Assembly (NCBI GenBank): GCA_964016885.1
Contig: OZ024740.1
Location: 374,170,001-374,234,000, forward strand
Direction of reading: 5' to 3'
DNA length: 64,000 bases
Origin: Eledone cirrhosa
Lineage: Eukaryota
Shown here: positions 1 through 11,965 of the stretch, in pieces
How positions within the stretch are numbered: the stretch's first letter is position 1
Layout of the letters: every line of letters starts with the position of its first letter
Notes under the pieces: model-generated
What the model saw: the letters and a program-made list of their open reading frames with translations, nothing else
Told to the model about the DNA's origin: nothing
Database searches by the model: none
Program-made: the position numbers and the translations under genes

Positions 1-163
1 ACCGTTAAAACAATTGTAAATTGTTTAAAACTTGAACCAAATTGTTGATAAAGACACCCTCCTCCTCGTGAGAGGGGTCTTTCTGTCCGTTATTTGGCCC
101 TTCGGGGTTAAATAGCCAGTTATTGGGGTTTTGTACCCAAAATTTCATTTTAAACAAAAAAAC

Positions 164-2260
164 ATGGCTACCAAAAAGAAATGTCATACGTCACTCCCAC
201 TCATTCCGTCTTCTTCTTCCTCAATCATCACTACAGGAGAGAGAAGATTGTCTCTCTCCCTCCCTTCTTTAAATGTGTCTCTCTCCCTCCCTTCTCTTTC
301 GCAAGCGACGAAAGAAAAGAAAAGTCTCGTGCAAAGCGTGCAAGGTTTCTCCACGACGACGACGACAGCGACGAAACAGGTGTGCGGGAAATACGAAAAC
401 CCAGTTCATTCGTCTGACGTCAGGAATAATAGCAGTAGCAGCCGTAATAACAACAGCAACAGTGACAATGAAAACAACAGTAGCAGCCGCAACAGCATCA
501 CCAGCAGCATAAACAACAACAGCATTAGCAGCAGCAACACCAACAACAACCACAGCAACAGCGGCGGAGGCAGTAGTCGTAGTACCTGCAGCAACAACAA
601 AAGTACCAGCAGCTCTGACGACAACAACAACAGCAGAGAAAAACCAATCTCATTTGCAGGTATTGCGAAAAACCTGGAAACAATCCTCATAACAAATGAG
701 GAATTAGAGGAAGCGAAGAAGATGGTGACAAAGAACGGACACCGAGCAATCTGCAAGGCAGCGAAAAATTTTTTCGAAACCCAAGAGCACTGTACGGTCA
801 CGTACCGTACAGTAAGTACAAAATCCCGTAGGGTGGAAAGAGCCACAGAGGCCCAAATACAAAAAGCCTTGGGGTCTGTGTGGCAGAGGAAAACGCACAT
901 CACCCGAGGCAAAAAATACGCCACCGTAGACGTACTTTTTGCCACACCCCAGGAGGCAAAGGCCCAATCAGTAGTGACCCTAAGGAGCGAGGAAATGGTG
1001 TTGGTGCCCTCCTACTGCGGGCAAAAAATTGTGAGGGTCAAACTGACCCACGTCCCCCCCGGAATGACCCCTTCTTGGCTGGCCGCGTCTGTCCTCGTCG
1101 GAATCGAGGACAAAACAACTGTACTGCAAGTACAGAAAAAAGTAAGAGAAGATTGGGTCGGCTCCTCCATTGAGATGCTAATCCAAACCAACCAGGAGTG
1201 CATCGAAGCTATCCCGGATGTGATAGACTTCGATAACGGCACTCAACTGCCCATAAGTGTTGAGGGCAAACGCCCGAAATGCTTTCGCTGTGGATCGAAG
1301 ACTCACCTCAGGGCCTTCTGCAACGAGAAGACCCTGAGAAAGGAGAAAACCCCCCTCCTCCCGAATCCGGTTCCACGGCTACCAGCAACAGGACAAGCGG
1401 CAACCAGGAACGATAGGTCCGTGGCACCCATACCCACTCCACGGAAATCAAAGACAGCAGCAGCAGTGGAAATATTAACAACAACAACAGCAATACCAAA
1501 TGCAGCTGCAACAGAGACTCCAGTGCAAACATCACCAACAACAACAAGTGAAAGAGTGGAGCTGGTACCCCTCCCCGACCTTACAGAATCAGACATGGAG
1601 TGTGAGGTGGGAGAGGGATGGCAAAAGGTCTCAAGAAGGCACAAACGCAGAAGCAGCGCATCGTCGCCTTTGAAAAGGGAGGAAAGAAATGAGAAAAGGG
1701 TAAAGTCTACTGCAAAGAGACCCACAGCAGCAACACCACCAACACCATCACCACCCACACCAGCACCACCATCACCACCGGCGACAACCCCACCGCCAAC
1801 AACACCTTCAACACCACCACCACAAGCACCAACATCGCAAACACAACAACAAAACACACACACCCAGCAACAACGACAAGAAAATAGCAGAACCACACCC
1901 CACCCCCAGAAAAACAAATGCACGGCAATAAACACACACAACAAGAAACTAATGACTTACATAATTGAACACACAGACATTTCACAACAGGACTACATAA
2001 TACCAGCACCAATCAAAACGCCAACTAACATAAGACTGCTAAAAATAGCACAGAAACAATACACAAACATTAAAACGAAATTCCCCAACGCAGTTGGTGA
2101 TTTCAGGGACCTAGGAGGAACCATTAATCGAAGAGTATATTCAGACATTCTCTTAGAAGAGCCGACGACCAGCCGAAGGGACGATTCAACGGTCCCTTCA
2201 CCAGACGATCAAGTGAAAAGGGATGTAAAAACCATCCCTCCTCTACCAAAAATACGGTAA
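164..2260 (+). CDS. Tx1-type ORF1 nucleic-acid-binding protein (type A)
   Basis: First ATG at 164 within ORF 131..2260; CX2CX4HX4C knuckle CFRCGSKTHLRAFC; N/S- and P/T-rich low-complexity flanks. Confidence 0.88.
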   Translation: MATKKKCHTSLPLIPSSSSSIITTGERRLSLSLPSLNVSLSLPSLSQATKEKKSLVQSVQGFSTTTTTATKQVCGKYENPVHSSDVRNNSSSSRNNNSNSDNENNSSSRNSITSSINNNSISSSNTNNNHSNSGGGSSRSTCSNNKSTSSSDDNNNSREKPISFAGIAKNLETILITNEELEEAKKMVTKNGHRAICKAAKNFFETQEHCTVTYRTVSTKSRRVERATEAQIQKALGSVWQRKTHITRGKKYATVDVLFATPQEAKAQSVVTLRSEEMVLVPSYCGQKIVRVKLTHVPPGMTPSWLAASVLVGIEDKTTVLQVQKKVREDWVGSSIEMLIQTNQECIEAIPDVIDFDNGTQLPISVEGKRPKCFRCGSKTHLRAFCNEKTLRKEKTPLLPNPVPRLPATGQAATRNDRSVAPIPTPRKSKTAAAVEILTTTTAIPNAAATETPVQTSPTTTSERVELVPLPDLTESDMECEVGEGWQKVSRRHKRRSSASSPLKREERNEKRVKSTAKRPTAATPPTPSPPTPAPPSPPATTPPPTTPSTPPPQAPTSQTQQQNTHTQQQRQENSRTTPHPQKNKCTAINTHNKKLMTYIIEHTDISQQDYIIPAPIKTPTNIRLLKIAQKQYTNIKTKFPNAVGDFRDLGGTINRRVYSDILLEEPTTSRRDDSTVPSPDDQVKRDVKTIPPLPKIR

Positions 2261-2295
2261 GTGGTCTTTCCCATCTTTTCCACTCTATTTTAAAC

Positions 2296-5200
2296 ATGAC
2301 CTCACTCAGAATAGGCAGCATAAATGCGCGTGGCTTGGGGTCGTCATGGAAGCAGGGTCACCTGCTCAACGACCTCAGGTCACTAAACATAGATGTAGTG
2401 GCCATCAGCGAGACCAGAATCTCCGAAGCACGGGCCTTCGCACCGATCTTCGGCGGCTACGATGTGTACGCATCTCCCAGCCGTCCTGGATCCGGTGGAG
2501 GAGTTGCTGTACTTTTTCGGAGAGGTTTGGATCTCGCCATACGGGCCATCTTCCTGGACCCAGAGGGTAAGCTGGTGGTGCTGGACGTGACCAGCGGAGA
2601 CGGGCAAGCTTTCAGGCTAGTGGCCGTCTATGCCCCGACAGGAGCAGGGCGGCCTGATTTCTTCCGGCGTCTGGAGACCTTTCTTGGAACGTCCCGCTCT
2701 TTAGTGTTAGTGGGCGACTGGAACGGGATCTTAGATGCACGCTGGGACTGTGTGGGATTAGCGGATAGGGGTGGAGGGTGCAAGAGCCTCACCAACCTGC
2801 TCAGGCGTTTTGAACTGTCTGACAGGTACCGATTGGATTTCCCGAATGTGCCAATGTGGACTTGGACAAACCGCATAGGGTCATCCAGATCATATCTAGA
2901 TAGAGTATTTTGTAGGGAAATAGATAGGTCTAGCATAGGCTGTCCACAATTCAAGATAGTCAGCTACACGGACCACAAATTCGTGATCTGTGTGCTTGAC
3001 TTAGATAGGCTTCATAGACGAGGACCCGGCTACTGGAAGCTAAACGCGTCCTTACCAGCGCGCAAGGCCTACAGAGACCGGATTAGCGAACTAGTTAAGC
3101 GGGCGTTGACGGGGGCCATCGTCAACAACAAGTGGTGGTTTGCTCTGAAAAGAGCGATTAGAATAGAATCGATTAGGTTTAGTAAGGCTTTAGCAATAGA
3201 GAAAAATAGAGCAGAGGGAGAACTAGTTAGAAAATTAGACGAGGCGCTTAGCAAAGGCATTGCGACCGACGTGCTTGCGGCGAAATTGGCCCTTGACCAA
3301 TTCTTCAATGCAAAGCACGAAGGCTGCGTTGTCAGAGCTAGGGTGCGTGCTCTCAGACACGAGGGGACGAAAGCCGTTCAATGGGCCCGAGTGGCGGAGG
3401 CGCGTCGTGGCAACAAAGCCACGATCCGGTCTTTGGTGGACCACGACGGGCGCATGCTACTCGATCCCGGGCAAATGTGTGAAGCTTTTCAGCGACACTT
3501 CGCTCAGCTGTTCGGGGGAAGCGGGGGGCCGGGTAGAGGGATGGACTTTAGTGTCTACCTCGACGGGCTGCCGCGGCTCTCGGCCACTGAGGCGAGGTGT
3601 TGCGAAAAGCCGATAACAGCCGCTGAAGTACGGGAGGCAATGACTGGCTGCACAAGGGGTAAATCGCCTGGTTTGGATGGTCTGCCCTATGAACTTTACG
3701 TACAGATGCCAGACTTGTTCGGAGGCCTCTTGGCGGACGTCTACTGCAACTGGCAACAGAACGGGAGAATTCCCAGTTCTGTGAGCCGAGGAGCGGTGGC
3801 ACTGCTGAGAAAGGATCCGAACAAGGGGGATAACATAGACAATTTCCGGCCCATAACTCTGCTAAACACAGAGTTTAAGATTTTGGCCAAGGTGCTAGCA
3901 AAGAGGTTGGCGCTTGTCGTTGGTGGTCTGGTGGGAGAGGCGCAGACATGCGCCATTCCCGACAGATCCATCCACGACAACCTCCACCTCATGCGATACA
4001 TCGTAGAGAGGGTAGCTAGGGAACCTGGCACGGGTGGGTCCTTGATCAATTTAGATCAGTCGAAAGCTTTCGATAGGGTCGACCATCGTTACCTAGCGGC
4101 AGTCCTGAGGGCGGCTGGCTTTGGGCCCGTCTTCAGAGGCTGGATCGCTGCCATGCACAGCGACATCTGCTCTGTGGTGAGAGTGAACGGTCACCTGTCG
4201 GAACCGTTCAACATCATGCGCTCGGTCCGCCAAGGATGTCCCCTCTCGTCCCTCTTGTACGTATTGACTCTCGAGCCATTACTGCACAAACTGGAGACGT
4301 TGAGGGGAGTCCCGCGCGAACTAGGATGCGGAAGATCCGTGTCAGCATATGCGGACGATGTCACCGTAGTGGTGTCGAACGCCAAACACATCGAGGCGAT
4401 CGGCACTACACTAAGAGAATACGAAGCGGTGACAGGAGCAATGATCAACCAGGAAAAGTCAGTGGGCCTGCAGCTCGGCACCTGGAGAGGCAGGTCCATG
4501 CCGTCCAACAGCGTCGTCGGACGCTGGACGGACGGACCGGTTAAATTGCTAGGGGTCTGGTTCGGTCCGGACCTCCAGACGGACAAAAACTGGGACGAGG
4601 TGACGAGCAGGGTGGCTTCTCTCACCCAGAAATGGGCCGAGAGGAAGCTATCCCTGAAAGGTCGAGCGGAGGTGGCTAACGCGTACATCGCGTCCGTCAT
4701 CTGCTACCGCCTGACCGTCGTACCTTGTCCTAAGCCTCGCCTGACTGTGCTGGAGCGTTTGCTCTTTCGCTTTTTGTGGAAGGGACGCGCTCCGATGGTC
4801 AGGCGGTCCATCTGTTGTCAACACCCGCTACGTGGAGGGCTGGGCATGCCGTGGCTGATGATGCGCAGGCACGCGCTCAGGCTACGACATCTCCACCTCT
4901 TCCTCGACGGTGATCAGGTGTGGTCGCCGTTTGCTAGACGCGTGTTTCCCCAGCTCGTTTCATTGACGGAGCTGCAGTCCTGGGTCAAGCGAAGACCGAG
5001 AGGGAGCGCCTGGAGACTGGAATGTCTTCAGGCGCTCACAGCCCTCGACCAATCGGGCAATGTGATCGGTGGAAACTCCACCTCGGCGTTCTATAGAGGA
5101 TTAGTGGAGGGGAAGAGCGACGACGTACTTGGGGAAACTCTAGGCGTCGACGAAAATCAACTAGCCAATCTCTTCGGAAGAACTTTCGGGCCAGGGCCTA

Positions 5201-5715
5201 TGGACAACTTCCAGAAATCTCTGGCCTGGCAGTGCTACCGAGGAGCCTTGCCAGTTCGGGATAAACTCTACAGGCATGGAGGTGCCGTCAGTCGGGCATG
5301 TCCGAGATGCGCGCAGGGCGACGAAACCGTCCTGCACGCACTCGTCCAGTGTCCGAAAATAGCTGACTTGTGGGTTTATGTCGAACACCTGCTGTCGCGT
5401 TTAGGACGGATCCGGCTATCATCTGAGTCCATCGTGAGGATTGCCCCGCCCTCCTCCTTTAGCCGGGAAGGGCAGGCAGTTTTTATCTGCCTGGTGGCCA
5501 TGGCGAAAGAGATAGTATGGTGGACACGTTTGAAAGGGCTGAAGACGAGCACTTACCTCTTCGGTGATGCTCTGATTGACTTTTTCAAATTTCATTTGAA
5601 AAGGAAAATCAGAGTAGAGAAGGAAGTGCTCTCTTCCCAGCATTTTGTTGAAAGATGGGTGAGAGAAGCAAGAATGGCCCGAGTGAATGGGCCGACTCTG
5701 AGTATATATCTGTAA
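2296..5715 (+). CDS. ORF2: apurinic-like endonuclease + reverse transcriptase + C-terminal zinc finger (1139 aa)
   Basis: APE motifs SINARG, ISET, VYAP, GDWN, LDR, TDH; GYWKLN; RT motifs KSPGLDG, FRPITLLN, DQSKAFD, VRQGCPLS, YADD; CPRC..ETVLH..C finger. Confidence 0.96.
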   Translation: MTSLRIGSINARGLGSSWKQGHLLNDLRSLNIDVVAISETRISEARAFAPIFGGYDVYASPSRPGSGGGVAVLFRRGLDLAIRAIFLDPEGKLVVLDVTSGDGQAFRLVAVYAPTGAGRPDFFRRLETFLGTSRSLVLVGDWNGILDARWDCVGLADRGGGCKSLTNLLRRFELSDRYRLDFPNVPMWTWTNRIGSSRSYLDRVFCREIDRSSIGCPQFKIVSYTDHKFVICVLDLDRLHRRGPGYWKLNASLPARKAYRDRISELVKRALTGAIVNNKWWFALKRAIRIESIRFSKALAIEKNRAEGELVRKLDEALSKGIATDVLAAKLALDQFFNAKHEGCVVRARVRALRHEGTKAVQWARVAEARRGNKATIRSLVDHDGRMLLDPGQMCEAFQRHFAQLFGGSGGPGRGMDFSVYLDGLPRLSATEARCCEKPITAAEVREAMTGCTRGKSPGLDGLPYELYVQMPDLFGGLLADVYCNWQQNGRIPSSVSRGAVALLRKDPNKGDNIDNFRPITLLNTEFKILAKVLAKRLALVVGGLVGEAQTCAIPDRSIHDNLHLMRYIVERVAREPGTGGSLINLDQSKAFDRVDHRYLAAVLRAAGFGPVFRGWIAAMHSDICSVVRVNGHLSEPFNIMRSVRQGCPLSSLLYVLTLEPLLHKLETLRGVPRELGCGRSVSAYADDVTVVVSNAKHIEAIGTTLREYEAVTGAMINQEKSVGLQLGTWRGRSMPSNSVVGRWTDGPVKLLGVWFGPDLQTDKNWDEVTSRVASLTQKWAERKLSLKGRAEVANAYIASVICYRLTVVPCPKPRLTVLERLLFRFLWKGRAPMVRRSICCQHPLRGGLGMPWLMMRRHALRLRHLHLFLDGDQVWSPFARRVFPQLVSLTELQSWVKRRPRGSAWRLECLQALTALDQSGNVIGGNSTSAFYRGLVEGKSDDVLGETLGVDENQLANLFGRTFGPGPMDNFQKSLAWQCYRGALPVRDKLYRHGGAVSRACPRCAQGDETVLHALVQCPKIADLWVYVEHLLSRLGRIRLSSESIVRIAPPSSFSREGQAVFICLVAMAKEIVWWTRLKGLKTSTYLFGDALIDFFKFHLKRKIRVEKEVLSSQHFVERWVREARMARVNGPTLSIYL

Positions 5716-5974
5716 ACTAAAGGTGGAAAACTGGGAGAGGGCACTTGCCTTGGTGGTCAGGGTCATTGTGGCTTTTTACTGGGCTTTCTCCACAAATGTC
5801 CCTCCGAAGTCCCCCCCTATTGGGGAATTTTTCATTGTTATTTTCATTGTTATTTTTGTTACATCCTCTGTTTTTGTTTTTTTACACGCAGAAATGCCCA
5901 TTTGTACCGTCCTGCATTGTCCTGCACTGTCCTTAATGTCTACTTTATGTAAACCCTTGTGGTTAATAAAGAAA

Positions 5975-5976
<2 letters not shown>

Positions 5977-6021
<45 letters not shown>
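5977..6021 (+). repeat. (ATT)n tail/target microsatellite
   Basis: Perfect ATT repeat joining the 3' end of one Tx1 to the 5' end of the next. Confidence 0.97.
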
Positions 6022-6230
6022 GGCGACCTACGTAGGAAATCGTATTATCGTGAACTCCGCAAAGGTTTGTTATTTCCGTTTGTTTAAAAATTGCCATTTA
6101 TGGAAAATTTTATTGTAAACTGTTTATAAGCACACATACATTGTTTTCCGAAAAGGACACCCAAAAAGATTGGGGCCTTGTGCCCAAAATTTTAACTTTT
6201 ATTATTATCCAAAAATTTCTTTGAAAAAAA

Positions 6231-8214
6231 ATGGCTAATTACCCTCTGCACGAAGCAGCTGAAAGCCTTTCTCACAAAATAACACCTCACACCGACACCA
6301 CCATTGTAAATGTTACTACGTTTGCCAACACAAAAAAAAATATAAGCAGTAGCAATATTTTAAATTTGTCTCAGGCAGACATTCATTTCCCGCCATTACC
6401 AATGACTGCAGGTGTTAAACCCGCCACCACCACCACCACCGAGACAACCACCACCACCACCACCACCACCGCGACAACAGAAACAAAAGAAGAAAAAAAT
6501 AAATTAACTCGTGACGTCGAAATGAAATCAAGCAAAATGGACTCTTCCCCACCAAAGACGACTGACGTCACCACCACAACTGAAAATAAAATTAATATCA
6601 ACGATAGCAACAACAACAACAATGACATTATAAAACCGACCCTCAGTTTCGCCATCGTAGCAAAACAATTCGAAGCGTTCACGGTAACTCAAGAAGATTT
6701 AGAAAATGCCAAACAAATGGTAAAGAAAGATGGGTACAGGGTCAGCCTCACCCCCCCACCTAATAAAATGGAGCATCGGCGCCTGTGCACCGTGTCGTAT
6801 AGAACAATAAATGTAAAATCGCGCCGAGTGGAACGGGCATCCGAGTCCCAAATCCAAAAAGCTTTGGGACATGTGTGGGCAAGAAAAACCCACATCAGAC
6901 GTGGGCAAAAGTATGGAACCGTGGATGTGTTCTTTGAAACACCAGAGGAGGCTAGAGAACACTCCATGGCCCCATTAAAAAGTGACGACCTCACACTCGT
7001 CCCAAGCTATTGTGGCCAGAGACTCGTAAAGATCAGGGTGACCCACGTTCCACCGGCCATCGAAATTCCCTGGCTAATAGCGGCTGTCCTCACCGGCATC
7101 GAAGCCAACACGAAAATAATAGCAGTAGCAAAAGAAAAGCAGGAAAACTGGTCCGGATCTGGGATGGAGCTCCTGATCCAAGCGGACCAAAAAAGCATTG
7201 AGGAGATCCCAGAGGTAATAGACCTCACTGACGGCAGCCACCTCACGGTAATTGTCGAGGGCAGAAGACCTAGGTGTGTCGTTTGTGGTGAAGGAACCCA
7301 CCTAAGGGCTTTCTGCCCTCAGGCTAAAAGGTTGAGGCCACCTCTCCTACCCACCCCAGTGACAAAACCATCAACACCACCAGTACCAGAGATGGCAGCA
7401 ACAACTGTAGCAGCAACAACAGAAGCAACTATAACAGCAACAACCCCAGCAACAGTAGCAAAACCAACACCACTACCACCACCAGCAAAACCAACACCAC
7501 CACCACCCAACGCTTCAGAACTAGCACCAGCGCCTACACCATCCACCACGCCACAACCAAAACTAACGCCTGTGGAGGATTTTCCACTCCCCGGCCTATC
7601 ACAATTGGAGACAGATTGTGACGACGAGGAGTGGGAAACGATATCCGGAAAAAAAAAAGAAACCAAAAAAGAAAAAATTCTCTTCCTTCCCCCTCCAAAA
7701 ACAAAATACAGAGGGAAACAAAAAACTAAGAAACAAAAAAGTTAGGACAGATATGCCACCATCCACACCAGCATCACCAACCCCATCAACCCAAACACCA
7801 ACACCATCACCATCATTAACTCCAACACCACCATCACCTACACCACAAAAGTCACCAAAATGCGAAACAGAAACAAACCCACAACAAACGCAAACAAAAC
7901 AAAACAACCAAAACGATACACACTACACAGCATTAAATTTGAACAACAAGCAATTATTACACTACATCCAACACAACACCAGCATCACAGAAAAAGACTA
8001 CACAACAACCCCAAAATTCACACCACCTCCACACATACAAATCACTCGCATCACACAGAAAACGTACATGACACTAAAACAAAAATTCCCCAAAGACATC
8101 GGAGACTTCCGACAAGCACTCTCCAGGAGGATTTATAAGGACATCCTTCCTGAGGAGGCCACAAGCAGTGAAAAGGATGGAAAAGCCGTCCTTCCCCTAC
8201 GAGAAGTAAGGTAA
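6231..8214 (+). pseudogene. ORF1 type B, split by a frameshift in an A-run near 7650
   Basis: ORFs 6231..7745 (knuckle CVVCGEGTHLRAFC) and 7618..8214 (homologous to the type A C-terminus, RRIYKDIL). Confidence 0.85.
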
Positions 8215-8248
8215 GTGGTCTTTACCATCTTTTCCACTCCTTTTCAAC

Positions 8249-11200
8249 ATGACCTCACTCAGAATAGGCAGCATAAATGCGCGTGGCTTGGGGTCGTCAT
8301 GGAAGCAGGGCCACCTGCTCAACGACCTCAGGTCACTAAACATAGATGTAGTGGCCATCAGCGAGACCAGAATCTCCGAAGCACAGGCTTTCGCACCGAT
8401 CTTCGGCGGCTACGATGTGTACGCATCTCCCAGCCGTCCGGGATCGGGGGGAGGAGTTGCTGTGCTTTTTCGGAGAGGTTTGGATCTTGCCATACGGGCC
8501 ATCTTCCTGGACCCAGAAGGTAAGTTGGTGGTGCTGGACGTGACCAGCGGAGACGGGCAAGATTTCAGGTTAGTGGTCGTCTATGCCCCGACAGGAGCAG
8601 GGCGGCCTGATTTCTTCCGGCGTCTGGAGACCTTTCTTGGAACGTCCCGCTCTTTAGTGTTAGTGGGCGACTGGAACGGGATCTTAGATGCACGCTGGGA
8701 TTGTGTGGGATTAGTGGATAGGGAAGGAGGGTGCAAGAGTCTCACCAACCTGCTCAGACGTTTTGAACTGTCTGACAGGTACCGAATGGATTTCCCGAAT
8801 GTACCAATGTGGACTTGGACAAATCGCATAGGGTCATCCAGATCATATCTAGATAGAGTATGTTGTAGGGAAATAGATAGGTGTAGCATAGGCTGTCCAC
8901 AATTCAAGATAGTCAACTACACGGACCACAAATTCGTGATCTGTGTGCTTGACATAGATAGGCTTCATAGACGAGGACCCGGCTACTGGAAGTTAAACGC
9001 GTCTTTACCAGCGCGCAAGGCCTACAGAGACCGGATTAAGGAACTAGTTAAGCGGGCGTTGACGGGGGCCATCGTCAACAACAAGTGGTGGTTTGCTCTG
9101 AAAAGAGCAATTAGAATAGAGTCCATTAGGTTTAGTAAGACTTTAGCAATAGAGAAAAATAGAGCAGAGGGACAATTAGTTAGAAAATTAGATGAGGCGC
9201 TTAGCAAAGGCATCGCGACCGACGTGCTTGCGGCGAAATTGGCCCTTGACCAATTCTTCAATGCAAAGCACGAAGGCTGCGTTGTCAGAGCTAGGGTGCG
9301 TGCTCTTAGACACGAGGGGACGAAAGCCGTTCAATTGTCGCGAGTGGCGGAGGCGCGTCGTGGCAACAAAGCCACGATCCGGTCTTTGGTGGACCACGAC
9401 GGGCGCATGCTACTCGATCCCGGGCAAATGTGTGAAGCTTTTCAGCGACACTTCGCTCAACTGTTCGGGGGCAGTGGCGGGCCGGATCGAGGGATGGACT
9501 TTAGTGTCTACCTCGACGGACTGCCGCGGCTTTCGGCCACTGACGCGGAGTGTTGCGAAAAGCCGATAACAACCGCTGAAGTACGGGATGCAATGACTAG
9601 TTGCACAAGGGGTAAATCGCCTGGTTTGGATGGTCTGCCCTATGAACTTTACGTACAAATGCCAAACTTGTTCGGAGGCCTCTTGGCGGACGTATACTGC
9701 AACTGGCAACAGAACGAGAGAATTCCCAGCTCTGTGAGCCGAGGAGCGGTGGCGCTGCTGAGAAAGGATCCGAACAAGGGGGATAACATAGATAATTTTA
9801 GGCCCATAACTCTGCTAAACACAGAGTTCAAGATTTTGGCCAAGGTGCTAGCAAAGAGGTTGGTGCTTGTCGTTGGTGGTCTGGTGGGAGAGGCACAGAC
9901 ATGCGCCATTCCCGACAGATCCATCCACGACAACCTCCACCTCATGCGATACATCGTAGAGAGGGTAGCTAGGGAACCTGGCACGGGTGGGTCTTTGATC
10001 AATTTAGATCAGTCGAAAGCCTTCGATAGGGTCGACCATCGTTACCTAACGGCAGTCCTGAGGGCGGCTGGCTTTGGGCCCGTCTTCAGAGGCTGGATCG
10101 CTGCCATGCACAGCGACATCTGCTCTGTAGTGAGAGTGAACGGTCACCTTTCGGAACCGTTCAACATCATGCGCTGGGTCCGCCAAGGATGTCCCCTCTC
10201 GTCCCTATTGTACGTATTGACTCTCGAGCCATTACTGAACAAACTGGAGACGTTGAGGGGGGTCCCGCGCGAACTAGGATGCGGAAGATCCGTGTCAGCA
10301 TATGCCGACGATGTCACCGTAGTGTGTGTCGAACGCCAAACACATCGAGGCGATCGGCACTACACTAAGAGAATACGAAGCGGTGACAGGAGCAATGATC
10401 AACCAGGAAAAGTCAGTGGGCCTGCAGCTCGGCACCTGGAGAGGCAGGTCCATGCCGTCCAACAGCGTAGTCGGGCGCTGGACGGACGGACCGGTTAAAT
10501 TGCTAGGGGTCTGGTTCGGTCCAGACCTCCAGACGGACAAAAACTGGGACGAGGTGACGAGCAGGGTGGCTTCTCTCACCCAGAAATGGGCCGAGAGGAA
10601 GCTATCCCTGAAAGGTCGATGGAGGTGGCGAATGCGTACATCGCATCCGTCATCTACTACCGCCTGACCGTCGTACCTTGTCCTAAGCCCCGCCTGACTG
10701 CGCTGGAGCGTTTGCTCTTTCGCTTCTTGTGGAAGGGACGCGCTCCGATGGTCAGGCGGTCCATCTGCTGTCAACACCCGCTACGTGGAGGGCTGGGCAT
10801 GCCGTGGCTGATGAAGCGCAGACACGCGCTCAGGCTACGACATCTCCACCTCTTCCTCGACGGTGATCAGGTGTGGTCGCCGTTTGCAAGACACGTTTTT
10901 CCCCAGCTCGTCTCCTTGACGGAGCTGCAGTCCTGGGTCAAGCGAAGACCGAGAGGGAGCGCTTGGAGACTGGAATGTCTTCAGGCGCTCACAGCCCTCG
11001 ACCAATCGGGCAATGTGATCGGTGGAAACTCCACCTTGGCGTTCTATAGGGGATTAGTGGAGGGGAAGAGCGACGACGTACTTGGAGAAACTCTAGGCGT
11101 CGACGAAAATCAACTAGCCAATCTCTTCGGAAGGACTTTCGGGCCAGGGCCTATGGACAACTTCCAGAAATCCCTGGCCTGGCAGTGCTACCGAGGAGCT

Positions 11201-11668
11201 TTGCCAGTTCGGGATAAACTCTACAGGCATGGAGGTGCCGTCAGCCGGGCATGTCCGAGATGCGCGCAGGGCGACGAAACCGTCCTGCACGCACTCGTCC
11301 AGTGTCCGAGCATTGCTGACTTGTGGGTTTATGTCGAACACCTGCTGTCACGTGTAGGACGGATCCAGCTATCAGCTGAGTCCATCGTGAGGATTGCCCC
11401 GCCCTCTTCCTTTAGCCTGGAACGGCAGGCAGTTGTTATCTGTCTGGTGGCCATGGCGAAAGAGATAGTATGGTGGACACGTTTGAAAGGGCTGAAGACG
11501 AGCACTTACCTCTTCGGTGATGCCCTGATTAACTTTTTCAAATTTCATTTGAAAAGGAAAATCAGGGTAGAGAGGGAAGTGCTCTCTTCCCAGCATTTTG
11601 TTGAAAGATGGGTGGGAGAAGCAAGTATGGCCCGAATGAATGGGCCTTCTCTGAGTATGTGTCTGTAA
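8249..11668 (+). pseudogene. ORF2 APE-RT with two frameshifts (~10325, ~10620)
   Basis: Fragments 8249..10498, 10326..10667 and 10586..11668 tile the 1139-aa protein. Confidence 0.92.
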
Positions 11669-11909
11669 ATTAAAGGTGGAAAACTGGGAGAGGGCACTTG
11701 CCCTGGTGGTCAGGGCCACTGTGGTCTTTTAATGGGCTTTCTCCACAAATGTCCCTTGGAAGTCTCCCCCCTATTGGGGAATTTTTCTTTGTTATTTAAT
11801 TTCAACCTCTGTTTTTTTACACGCAGAAATACCCATTTGTACCGTCCTGCATTGTCCTGCACTGTCCTTAATGTCTACTTTATGTAAACCCTTGTGGTTA
11901 ATAAAGAAA

Positions 11910-11911
<2 letters not shown>

Positions 11912-11959
<48 letters not shown>

Positions 11960-11965
11960 ATTATT
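11912..11965 (+). repeat. (ATT)n tail/target microsatellite
   Basis: Seen directly. Confidence 0.95.

Larger units (their letters stand above)
1..5976 (+). mobile_element. Tx1/L1-clade non-LTR retrotransposon, type A, intact (first ~50 bp lie upstream of the window)
   Basis: Intact ORF1 + APE-RT ORF2; 3'UTR with AATAAA (5965-5970) then (ATT)n tail; near-identical to the copy at 30714-36738. Confidence 0.93.
6022..11911 (+). mobile_element. Tx1-clade retrotransposon, type B, full length but frameshifted
   Basis: Distinct 5'UTR/ORF1; ORF2 and 3'UTR very similar to type A; ends in AATAAAGAAATC(ATT)n. Confidence 0.92.
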
